NCBI RefSeq assembly: GCF_006345805.1
Contig: NC_042998.1
Coordinates: forward strand, 65,782,001-65,846,000
DNA: 64,000 nucleotides
Origin: Octopus sinensis
Lineage: Eukaryota
Direction of reading: 5' to 3'
In this document: positions 51,561 through 63,572 of the stretch, piece by piece
Position numbering within the stretch: the first letter of the stretch is position 1
Layout: every line of letters begins with the position of its first letter
Made by a program: the position numbers and the translations under genes
The notes under the pieces: model-generated
Seen by the model: the letters and a program-made list of their open reading frames with translations, nothing else
Database searches by the model: none
Told to the model about the DNA's origin: nothing

Positions 51561-54500
51561 CAACCAAATATAAACGACCATAATATAAAACACAAACCCG
51601 CAGCCAATACACTAACCAATTTTGTTTAAATTCATTCAGAACATTTTTCTTTTTGCTATGTAGATTATTTTTATTCTTTATTATCTGCTAAAATTTACAT
51701 TTAATATCTAGAATTTCGATAATATCGTCATTATTCTCTTAGAAGCAGTATTTGAGTTGACATTACCTGAAACGCAAGATATACGCAACCAGTAAAGGGA
51801 TAAAATTTTTACTTCTTGTCTGATAGCTGGAATTTGCTACATATGTGGTGATAGATTCTGATAATTCTGCGCCTCGGTCAATTGTACCATTCAGAATTGA
51901 AATGTTAGAAAATTCATAGACTTTGTTTTAAATTCATTTCTAATACCGAGTTTTAGATTTTCTTGGTGTAGAATTCCGAATACTTTAACACATATCCTGG
52001 TTTTGTCTTTCACAATCGTGACTGCATGAGCTAATACATTCTGAGGAGTGGTGCCTCGAGAATAAAATTATTTTACAAACTGATGATTCCTTTGTTTGAA
52101 CACCCAGTGTAATTCAGAATCATTTTGCGATTTCGAGTTCCCCTATACAACGATGAGAGGTAAAAACTTATAACAAATGTGCTAATTACATCAAAACATA
52201 CCTAATGACAACATTTTGCGACATTTAATGCCATATTACAAACTTCAGAGAGTATCTGCACGTATCAAGAAGTGTAACATATCTGCAAGAATGTAACTAA
52301 CTGAAGTAAAAACCCAAATTGTTCCATGTGCAGATGTAAAACACTCTAATAATATAGAAGGTGCGTATATCTGACATACACAAATACCATTACAGCTGTG
52401 ATGTGTACAATGCAGATACACACACACACGCATGCGCGCGGATACACACATACATATACACACACTCATATGCACACATTAAAAAAAACTTGTTTCAGTT
52501 GCCTGTAAAGTCATGTTTGGTGTATAAGCTTCAAAAATGTACAGATAGAGGTGCAATTATAAAACGGTGGAGGCAACGAAAGAAAGATGAGTGCAACAAA
52601 GGAGAAATTACTGAACACTGATATTAACATTTTTGATAAGACAGAACATCATTTCATTATTGATGGAACTAAATGAAAATTATAATTCACAGACATTCCA
52701 CGCACGATTTTATTGCCACTTAAAACCGCATGCAAATCCGTATTCCAGGATCGTGATAGGGAATGCTTTCAATAAACTGAGACATGCAATAAAAGAATTT
52801 TAATATTTTCTGGCAGATTCGGTCGTCTTCTGGAGTCCTCGTCTACTTCCCCGACCTGCGATGTGGAGAAATTATCTGGCGCACTGTGCTATTACTGTTT
52901 TAATATTTTCTAAGCGTAAGAGCGCCATGCAAATCATGAAGAGTAATCACGCCAATGTCAATGTCATCTGATATTATAAGTGCTACCAAATGATATGTGA
53001 GTCACCCCATTTGAAAATGTCAAGCTGCAAATTAAATCAAATAACGATTTCATTTCTTACAATGAAGTATTTTGAACAAATGCATTTATATACTTAATTT
53101 TGAAACCACTAATCTCTCAGAATGTGACCGGAATGAAGAATCCCGTTCGCACTTTACAAAGTGTGACGCCAGTTAAATGACTTTCAATAAATTTATGAAT
53201 AATGTTTCAAGTAATACCGTGATTATTCTATTAATATTCGGGGTTGAAAGAAAAAGATTCTACTTGATATTTGATACTTAACTTTAATTCTGTAATTTCA
53301 GATTTTAATTAATTTTCTTTTAATTCATTGCTCTCCTTTCATTAGAACCACAATTTCTAAACTAGATTTTCATCAGGTAACATTTAAGATGCGTTCAATT
53401 TTAATTAACTTTGTGCGGATTTTTTTTTTTTTATTTACTGCTATTTTTCTTGATAATATATGAGGTTCACCCAATAGGAATTACGCTAGCCTTCGAGATA
53501 TAATACTTTTTAATAAAATAATGTTAAACTTTATTTCAATTATAATTATTTTACCTATTTATCTAGTGCTAATTCCTACGTATCATTAATTATATATCTT
53601 CAAGAATTTGAATTTTTTTCACTGGCCCCACTCCTTCAAACGTAATAATGATTTCAAATTTAAACAAGTATTCATCGCCCCCAAATTATCAACTTTTACC
53701 TTAACCCTTTTCGTTTGCATCCTCCTAATTTTTTATTAACATATTTATGCGCAATACTTACGATTGCTTGTTGAGACAATAAAATATGCACTCTAAAGAT
53801 ACTGTCATAACTTAGATATGAATTGATTAATCGAGTAAAGCAGGCTGTCAGAATCGTGAGTACACCACGCAAATGCTTGCTTGTGTTTTACCCGTCTTTA
53901 TTTCGCAGTCCACGTTCAGCCGAGGCCGAGTTTACCTTTCATCATTTGGGCCCATAAAATAAGCAGCAGTTGAATATAGGGGTCGATGTAATCGACTTAC
54001 CTTCGGCCTCAAACGTTCTGGACCTCCGAGAACACTTGATACCAATATTATTTATTATTCGCCGCGCCATGTCGTCTGGTGATACGTACTGGACGTGGAC
54101 TTTTCGCGAAAAAATTTATTTGCCGTAAATTTTCAGAAATTATTTTAAGACACAAACATGCAATAAATTCTCTCCATCTGTTTATCAACATCCGATATAT
54201 GACATTTAGGAGGGTTGTTGTAAGTGAAATATCAAGCTACAAATTCATTTTAATATCTTTTTATATGTATGTGAGTGTGCGACGTGTACTCGTACAGAAA
54301 ATAAATTAGTTCTGGATTGGATATTTTCATTTGTTTCTCTTTAGGTTTCCGCATATTTTCAGTTATTCTTTTACAGGAAAACAGCGTTGAATTCAATCTG
54401 GAGAGGTTATATCATAAAACGCTGATCTGAATTTCGTTTTACTTTACATGAAAAGCTCTATGTAAATATATGAGCTCGTGTAAATGATGATTGAAAAACT

Positions 54501-54748
54501 TTCGCAACATGTTGTTTATTAACGGCAAACACAACATTGATATCTGGTGGTGAATCTCTTCCTTTCATCTGGCACTATCATTATTTAATGACACCGTCCG
54601 TGTTTCTATAGGGTTTTCATACATAGATGTTGTAGTAAATGATTTTTTAATGCTTCTATACAGTTCAGTTTCGTATTTGGATCATCATACAAGTATTTGT
54701 AAACTAGGAAAACTTAATTTTCGGTCTCCGCAAACTGTTAGATATTAC

Positions 54749-55053
54749 CTGAATGGGGTTCGCCATTAATTATGAGATTCCCACTAGACTGCATAACCTG
54801 ATTTTCGCTTCTCACTTGACCGCAAAAGCTAATCTGCTCGTAATTTGTTTTGAGAATCGGGCAGGTTGTGCAGTATTAAAGACTTATTGTTAGCATATCT
54901 TAATACATATATTTGGAACATGTACTCGATTTTACATTTCTTATTAGGGCCCAGTTTCCAAGCAACTATAACTGCTCTATCCGCAGGTTTAAAAGGAGAG
55001 CTTAGAGTTATGTTCAGTTTAGAATATTGCCATCGTGATGTGTTGTCAATTAT
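54749..55053 (-). CDS. Candidate exon with fibronectin type III-like pattern and one frameshift
   Basis: RAVIVAWKLGPNKKCKIEYMFQIYV...SLILHNLPDS, then after removing one A from an A run, QTNYEQISFCGQVRSE...; ends CAG|gtaata (phase 1). Confidence 0.3.
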
Positions 55054-55468
55054 TCAGGATTATACATGTTATTCTTTCTTTCTTTTATTTTGTAATTTAT
55101 TTCGGTCATTTGGCTGCAGCCAGGCTGGTGCACCGCTTTTAGTCAAAGAAGTCGCCCCCAGGACATATATACAGTTCTATAAACAGATGTTGTATTTCGG
55201 AGATACGAAATGCAATTGCACCTAGAAATCTTTAGTTGAGTAAGCTCAATCCCTTTTCGTAAACTCTATGCATATTAGTTTCCAGGGAGAGATTAGAGGT
55301 TGTTTCATGTAGGTGTTTCTCTTAATTTTCGGTTCACCCATGATTGAACGTATCGAGAATGCATTTCTTTTGTAAAAGATTAGGAAAGTTTCCAATACAA
55401 GCGTGCTTCTGATTCTGTAGAGTATATTTAGTGTTACTCAGAGATACATGATTTTGCATATATGTATA

Positions 55469-55519
<51 letters not shown>

Positions 55520-56329
55520 TATATATATGTATATACATGTATATACATGTATTGATAATAGAGGCTAAGACGTTTTTAAGAAGAAAAATCCTTAATCAGT
55601 GGCCACTATATAACATGCAACCAATGAAGGTGAAAATTATATATATAATTATAATAAGGGATTAGAAACGGTTTTCTAGCTTACGCGCTGAAAAATAGGC
55701 GCAAATGGAAAACAAGTGAAGTAACATAAAGAACGCCCCTTCATCAGGTGTCGGCTTTTGTATCTACTCCACTTGTCTTGTTTTCTATTTCTTTGTTTCG
55801 TTATTCTCGTAAAAATGTTCGTACTCCATGTTTTCGTATTTCATATCGTTTACGTTTTATGACATCCTGAAACCATATATGCATTTTATATAGATATATA
55901 TGTAAGTATGTACATATATGTATGTATATAGACATATATGTATGTGTATAGGCATATATATATATATATAATTTGCTTCGCGGGAAGGACTGTTTCAAAG
56001 AAGTCGCATATTGTCCTTGCCTCCGAAACGCGGAGTAAATGAAACAGGGACAACTAATGAAGTGGAATATTATTTATGTTGCATGTCTCGTTTCTCTGTT
56101 TGTTTCTTTTTAACGAAATACCACTAAGTATTTCACCCGGCTTGCTAAAGTTTCTGTCACCTCGTTGCCTTCCAGTATTAAAATATTGTCACTGTTTATA
56201 TGTCAGAGAAATAATTATACATGGTTTGATCAATCAATAACTAGCCAGTCTGTGGCCCTATCAGCGAAGCTAAAGAACGAAAAGTAAAGCTGCTTCGCAC
56301 TAGTTGTCCTTGATCTATGTTGTGCCTGC

Positions 56330-56900
56330 GCATTAAGTTTTAACGTTCTAACACACTTCCGCTATTCACGGTCGTGCTTGGAAGGAAGATGCATAGCATA
56401 TGATTGTTGCATTGACAATGACAGAGATAGTTGAACAGAGAATATGCATCAAATTTGACAAATGATTGGCGATACCTGCTCAGAATCATACGCAAACTTT
56501 TCAAAAATGGTTTCATCGTTCTTGACACAATGAAGGTGATCATGTGCAACTGACACCCGAGTATCTTTTTGGTCAGTTAAAAGCAGTTTTGGCGCAAACT
56601 AGGCAGACACGCGTCTCATATCTAAATCTTCAGTGAAAATAGACTGAATTGAACCATACCTAATCTGCCCATCTTCTAAGAACTTACGGATGGCGGTTGG
56701 ACGATTTACCTTCACAGCTGCAAGCACATCTGCAACATTTTTCTCAGTTCTGTTGCTTAAGCGTCTCCCAAAACGTTCGACAATATCAACATTTTTTCGA
56801 CCATTTTGGAAACATCTGAACAACTCGTACATTTGTGTGCATCTCATGCATTCTTTTCCATGCACTTTCTGCAAACTTGCGTAGGCCACTTTGCAGATAA
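56330..56900. mobile_element. Rearranged mariner remnant
   Basis: Plus: MTEIVEQRICIKF at 56418. Minus (56585-56889): AYASLQKVHGKECM...FQNGRKNVD..RFGR...TEDLDMRRVSAK. Confidence 0.82.
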
Positions 56901-57919
56901 TGCCATAAATTATGAATCAAGTGTTAAGTTCAATGTAATCGACAAGCCCCATCCCCTCTAAATTGTGGCCTCTAAAGCCAGCAACGGCACTGCATCCCTC
57001 TCGCAGGATTTCTTATCAATTCGGTCAAATATATAACCGGGTAACTGGCCTCATACTTTCTACGGATCGAGAAAGATATCCGAAATTTGGATTATTTGTG
57101 TGCCCTTATCTAAAATGTACACAGGTTTCCAAATATAATTTCGGTACTGTTTAAATCTTCGCACCAAATAAAAGATATCCATGTTTTACGCCTACGATTC
57201 GGTGATAACTGAGATCAATATCAGTGTGTTAAATAACATGAAATATAATATGCAGATATCACGTTAATTATAAAGGAATATGTGTTCTTTTAGGGATCAC
57301 CACGTTTGTGAATACCTAAATACCAGCAAGACACATAGAAATGCATACAGAAATCCACACAAATCAAAAAATAAAACAATATCATATTGCAGTGCATTTT
57401 TCAAATCAGTGACAACTATACATAATTGAAAAGCAAATTAAGAAAAATGCTACAGAAAGATGAGAGATTAATTTAGAGATGTATCGGAAAACCACATTGC
57501 GTATCCGTTGCAATTGAAAACAGCAATGATTTCTTTCAGAAAAAGTACTTCATTTCCAAATCAAGAATATTCCATGAACTACACAATGATGCAAAACATA
57601 ATAAAAATAGAAAACAACTCCAGTGAAGTTCACAGAGAGCAAAGGAAGAAAAAAACGGATGAGATTGATCAAAAGTATTAAGCACAGCAGCTAAGATTGT
57701 GTGATACGAGAGGAGGCCATATAAAATCGGGAAATAGTCGAGACGCTGAAAGAAAAAGCGAACAAATGGAAACTACCAGGAAACTCTAAAATCTCAAGAT
57801 TCATGTTGAATCTTTTTTAATAAAAACTACGAGGAGGTATTTTCAATAATTTGCTTAAAATCCCCGTAAGCAATATCTCATAGAATAACTATTGAAATTA
57901 TTCACTAGACATAATACTG

Positions 57920-57922
57920 CTA

Positions 57923-57986
<64 letters not shown>

Positions 57987-58036
57987 TAATAATAATAATA
58001 ATATAATAATAATATATAATAATAATAATAATAATA

Positions 58037-58081
<45 letters not shown>

Positions 58082-58082
58082 G
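57920..58082. repeat. (AAT)n directly abutting (ATT)n
   Basis: Direct reading; switch near 58039. Confidence 0.93.
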
Positions 58083-58089
58083 TTTCAAA

Positions 58090-58290
58090 TTTTGCCACAA
58101 GGGCAGCCATGTTGCTGAGGGGATGAATCGATTACATCGACACCAGTGTTCAATTAGTTCTTAATTTATCGAACCGGAAAGGATGAATAGCAAAGACGAC
58201 CTGGAAGAATATGAACTCAGAACATAGCAGCAGAGGAAATATCAATAGGCATTTCGTCCGGAGTGCTAAAGATTCTGCAAGCTTACTACC
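58090..58290 (-). mobile_element. Degenerate SINE family B
   Basis: GAAAGGATGAATAGCAAAGACGACC...GAACTCAGAAC. Confidence 0.75.
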
Positions 58291-58944
58291 ATAATAATAA
58301 TAATAATAATTATAAGTTAAGCAATTTACAAATGTACATATCTACCTGTTTCAAACACACAAACGATCAGTTTTAAAAACGTTAATATCAACAATCGCTG
58401 TGAATGCTCATCCTTCCCTCTGTAAATATCCTTTTTGTTTTCTAAAAACATTACAGTTTAATTTGTGTCGGAATACAAAAGTCCACCTTTGGTGAATCTT
58501 AAAACTTTCTGTGAAAATTTGACTCTCGCGTCTTTTCTTTCCTTTCTCCCTGAGTATACAAAAATGTAAGCATCATTTTTATTGCAAAAACCCAACTATT
58601 TTCTCTAACTGGACATGCAAACAAACATCTGTAGGAAACTCAACATCAATCTCCACAATATTACCTTTATTCTCTCTCTGACTAAATGGAAATATGCAAA
58701 AATACTTTTTGTTACAATAACAGAAATGCACGTGGAAAAAAATAATGATAATAATAATTGATTCTCTCTGGACGAACACAACTTCTCTATTCACAAATAA
58801 TACAGAACAGAGTAAGTCGGCCCTACCTTAATTTTTCTTAAGGTCATGGCCACTTTTTTCTCTGCTAAGTAGTAGTAGACATTTGAACTCTTTTTGACCG
58901 ATCGGGTCCCATTCCACTTTAAAAAAAATATTACACGAGCAGCA

Positions 58945-59006
58945 CTTACTACTACTACTACTACTGCCGCTGCTACTACTACTGCCACTGCTACTACTGC
59001 TGCTGT

Positions 59007-59040
<34 letters not shown>

Positions 59041-59335
59041 GCTACTACTGCTGCTACTGCTGATACTACTACTACTATTACTACCACTGCTACTGTTGCT
59101 GCTACCACTGCCGCTGCTACCACCACTGCTGCTGTTACTACTCTACTACTACTACTACTGCTGCTGCTGCTACTGCCACTAGTTATAATTGCTGCTACTA
59201 CTACAGGTACTGCTGCTGTTGCTGCTGCCATTATTACTGCTATTACTACTGCTATTACCACTGCCACCGCTGCTGCTGATAGTGATATTACTGCTGCTAC
59301 TACAACTACTGGTGCTGCTGCTGCTAATGATGATA
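58945..59335. repeat. (ACT/GCT)n degenerate trinucleotide tract
   Basis: Direct reading; source of the Thr/Ala and Val/Ala ORFs. Confidence 0.92.
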
Positions 59336-59635
59336 AATGCGGCTCCTGTATGAAGATTATTGGCTAAAAATAAATAATTAAAAACATTTAATAAAATATG
59401 TGAAAATTTAATAATAATTTAACTTTACTTAAAAAGTAAAAACAGTAGACCGAATCGCTTGTCCAAAGGTTATTCTGAAAGCTTGCCTGTCAGGAGGCCA
59501 TCAGCCTGATAGCAAAAGTTTTTCAAATGGCAGAATATCCTCCCCGAATACGAATCTCGAAGGTCACTTAAACGGGGTTTGTCCCAAATTAAGCCGCCAA
59601 AGTTACCCACCACAATGACCACAAAATCAAAAATG

Positions 59636-60510
59636 TAAAAGAACTAAATGGAACCGGGAAGATTATAAAGAAGTAATATACGCTTATTATTTTACATTAA
59701 GTAGGCCAACCCAGGAGAAACACACCGCAAACTCCAACAGAATTTGGAGGAGCCGGAATCCAGCCAGCAGACCAAACCTGGATAAAAATAGATTCTGGTA
59801 TTGAGAGAGTACCAAATTGCTGGCTCATCACTCTCGTCCGCATAGAAAATGTTAGTAATACTATTCAATAGTATTATGAAAACCGGAAAAAACTCTCCAT
59901 TGGTATTACTTACCCCCCCCCAAATAATGAAATAAAAGACCCAAAAACTACCGGCCTATAACATGTTTATCTACTACCTATAAGATTTTGACATCTATTC
60001 TAGTGGAGAAAACATATACGTTTATGGAAGAGAATAATCTCTTTCCCTCTGAACAAAAAGGATACAGACGAGGCTCATACGGATGCAAAGATCAGCTCCT
60101 AATTAATCGCAAGGTCCTCGAGAACTACCATAACAAACGCAGAAATTTCAGCTCTTCATGGATTGATTATGAAAGCAGCCTTTGACAGTATACCACATTC
60201 GTGGATTCTGAAATCGCTGGCCATTTTCAAACTTTCTCCTGCAAATTCAGATTTTTTAAAGTATAATATGCCACTATGGAGCACCAAGCTCCAACTATAT
60301 CATTCTAGTGGAGTATTGCGCTCAAGCAATAAAGTGTGGCATTTTACAAGTTGGATCACTTTCACCTCTAATTTTCTGCATAGCACTAATACCACTCTCA
60401 AGTGAACTGAATAGAACAGGGTATGGCTACAAAATTGACAACAGGAAAATAAGCTATCTATTTTATATGTATGATTTAAAACTATATGGCAAAAATCAAG
60501 TATATAACAG
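59636..60510 (+). mobile_element. R4/Dong-type LINE fragment (N-terminus fused to RT)
   Basis: KRTKWNREDYKEVIYAY; then YRPITCLSTTYKILTSIL, EQKGYRRGSYGCKDQLLIN, AFDSIPHSWI, SLSPLIFCIALIPLS, FYMYDLKLYG. Confidence 0.88.
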
Positions 60511-62124
60511 TCGTCTACACATCAACATGGATTTATATAAATTATATTCATTTAATTTCAGGGAGAAAAAAAACGAAAGAATACTATGATCCATATAGAA
60601 ATTGTACATACTATTTATCACCGTACACATTACCAAAATTTAAAACTTCAAGTAGTAAGATAATTCCCGCTATTTGTATCCAAATATTTTGACGGATTCC
60701 TATATATAAATCCTCGCTCTGCTGAAGAAAACGCTAAGCATCTAACATTCAAGCTTGCCTTGAAGATTAATTAAAAGAAAACATCATTAAATCTCCACAT
60801 AGAAAAAAAAATGTATAAATTCTGCAATCGCTTACGTAACACTCTTCTACAATATTATCGCTTGAGAAACGAAGCCTGTAAAAATGATGGGTCTTGAATT
60901 TACACCATTTGTGTTGACATAGCAACCAACAAGAGCGAGAGGGACAACCTCATGTATCAGATTGATAAATAAAACTCATACACCACCTTTAAACTCATAC
61001 ACCACCTTTCGACATTCATTTTAATGTAGATTTTTAAAAAATTTGAAACGAAACTCAAATATATGAAATGCTATAATAATGTACAAATAACAATTGGCTA
61101 TGTTAGACTATTGCGATAGGCTATACATTGCCTACCTTATACATCTGAAAACGCATTTGGAAATCTTGTAAAATTGTTCGTGTTAAACAAATTCAAAAGA
61201 GAGTTTTGCATCCCATTATTCTCCGTTTTCTCACTGGCAACGTAACTCAGACTATCGAAAATATGGTATTAGTAAAACTAATGCTCCAAGCATCAACTGT
61301 GTATAGATACATTTGGAAGAATTTGCTTAACAGCACAAAATACGTGAAAACAATGTAACTGGACAAGAAATATTACATGGCAAATGCAGAATAAACATCG
61401 CCAGCCATATACTTTAAGTCATGTCAGCGAAGTCGCGTTTATTTTATTTTCTAACATTTTAGCAATAAATGATAGCTGAATAACACTGGTTTCTGTTATA
61501 TGCCTAATGGCTACCGAATAAAACACACAGTGTACAGAGAACAATTGAAAATCTCTAGAATAAAAATTAAGGTAATACGTTTTTATAGCAAGCACTTGGG
61601 GTTTTGAAAATGTGTATGCATAAATTTGAACTAGGGAACTGTGCAAAAGAGAGTTATGAATGTAAAGTTTAGGAATGCACAAAGAGAGACATATGTAGAA
61701 AACAATTATTGTTGAAGTTACATAAAGCAGAATATATCCATCTTCCTTCGCAATTATCTTGCGAATTCTCAGCTAACATAATCTGATAAATCATACAAAA
61801 ATTAATACCTTTTCTTTTACTATTCACATATTTCAGTCATTGGACTGCGGTCGCTCTGAGGCACAACTCTGAATGGTTTAGTCCCACAAATCCAGCCCTG
61901 TACCAGTTGTCAATGACACAGTGTTGGTAACAGAAAGACAAACACACAGGCAAATGCACATATGTACGTACATATATATGACGAACTTTCATATAATTTC
62001 TGCCCACAGTATTCAAGGCATTTATTGGCCTAGGTACTAAACCCGAAATTATGAGATTCCAAAGTGAGCTTCTTGAGCAACCTTCCAGCAACCTTGAGCA
62101 ATCATTATAACAAGCCAGTCATAT

Positions 62125-62268
62125 ACATTGTTTACATTTGACTAATATATGTCCCCATCTTGTTTGTTGTTAACACAACGTTTCGGCTGATATACCCTCC
62201 AGCCATCATCAGATGTCTTGGGAAAATTTTGAACCTGGGTTCTTATTCCTAAGGCATTTTCAATGTTG

Positions 62269-62332
<64 letters not shown>

Positions 62333-62471
62333 TGTCACTGCCTGAAATCGAACCAGGAATCTTGGGGTTAGTAGACCGCGCTCTTAACTACTATACCCAC
62401 AGGCATAAGGCGTAGTTGTTAAGAGCGCGGTGATCTAGCCCCAAGATTCCGAGTTCGATTTCAGGCAGTCA

Positions 62472-62502
<31 letters not shown>

Positions 62503-62673
62503 GGTAACAATGACATCGAAAAATTCCTTAGGAATGAGAACCCAGGTTCGAAATTTCCTCAAGACACCTGATGAAGGCCGGAGGGTCTATCAGCCGAAAC
62601 GTTAACAACAAACAAAATGATGACAAATATCTGTCAAATGTACGTAGTCTTCATCTCTTAAATATAGAAATGT
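62125..62673. mobile_element. Head-to-head dimer of SINE family H with 13-bp flanking direct repeat
   Basis: Minus copy about 62128-62397, plus copy about 62400-62673. AAGCCAGTCATAT at 62112-62124 and 62674-62686. Confidence 0.9.
62172..62217 (-). ncRNA. Predicted minimal type I hammerhead ribozyme in SINE H (best-preserved copy)
   Basis: rc GACAT-CTGATGA-T-GGCTG gagggtatat CAGCC-GAAA-CG-TT-GTGTT: intact core, 5-bp helix II, 5-bp helix I with two G.U, loopless palindromic helix III (AACGTT). Confidence 0.75.
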
Positions 62674-62889
62674 AAGCCAGTCATATGTTACTATAACATA
62701 CGCCCTGGTTGAGATATTGTTACACTATACAGGATTAAAAGAAATCTCAGTTTGTGTACATTTTAGACGCCTATCGTTTGAAATGGAAATGATGTTATTG
62801 CAAAATCATATCCAGATCGAAATATACAGGACAAAGTTCAGGATGAGGGAGGTCAAACATGATTATTTGGTCGATTTGAAAATATAAAT

Positions 62890-63278
62890 AGGCCCAGGAG
62901 TGGCTGTGTGGTAAGTAGCTTGCTTACGAACCGCATGGTTCCAGGTTCAGTCCCACTACGTGGTAGCTTAGGCAAGTGTCTTCTACTATAGCCTCGGGCC
63001 GACCAAAGACTTGTGAGTAGATTTGGTAGGCGGAAACTGAAAGAAGCCCGTCGTATATATACTCTCTTTACTCATTTACTTGTTTCAGTCATTTGACTGC
63101 GGCCATGCTGGAACACCACCTTTTAATCGAGCAAATCGACCCTGGGACTTATTCTTTGTAAGCCCAGTACTTATTCTATCAGTTTCTTTTGCCGAACCGC
63201 AAAGTAACGGGGACATAAAAGCACCAGCATCGGTTGTCAAGCAATGCTAGGGGGACAAACACAGACACACAAACACTT

Positions 63279-63358
<80 letters not shown>

Positions 63359-63396
63359 TACGACAGGCTTCTTTCAGTTTCCGTCTACCAAATCCA

Positions 63397-63435
<39 letters not shown>

Positions 63436-63572
63436 GTGTGTGTGTACGATAGAATAAGTAGTAGGCTTACAAAGAATAAGTCATGGGGCCGATTTGCTCG
63501 AGTAAAGGCAGTGCCCCAGCATGGCCACCGTCAAATGACTGAAACAAGTAAAAGAGTAAAAAAGAGTAAAGA
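62890..63572 (+). mobile_element. SINE family A with a second, inverted family A copy (63061-63400) nested in its microsatellite
   Basis: Outer 5' half 62890-63055, outer 3' half 63447-63572. Confidence 0.88.

Noticed and set aside
52861-52915. MWRNYLAHCAITVLIFSK followed by a gtaaga donor, signal-peptide-like first exon on plus
   Set aside because: Too short, and no compatible downstream exon found.
56011-56066. GAAACGCG...CTAATGAAG, possible permuted hammerhead; also lone CTGATGAAG on minus near 55745 and 38625
   Set aside because: I could not build all three helices with a UH site. They may be decayed pLTR motifs, but this is unsupported.
58720-58811. Plus-strand frame ending at a gtaagt donor; similar case at 61486-61581
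   Set aside because: Short frames without a clear acceptor or needing several repairs; chance donors are common in 64 kb.
58791-59367. 157-158 aa Thr/Ala-rich and Val/Ala-rich ORFs, mucin-like
   Set aside because: Both strands are open only because of an (ACT/GCT)n tract; no splice or domain support.
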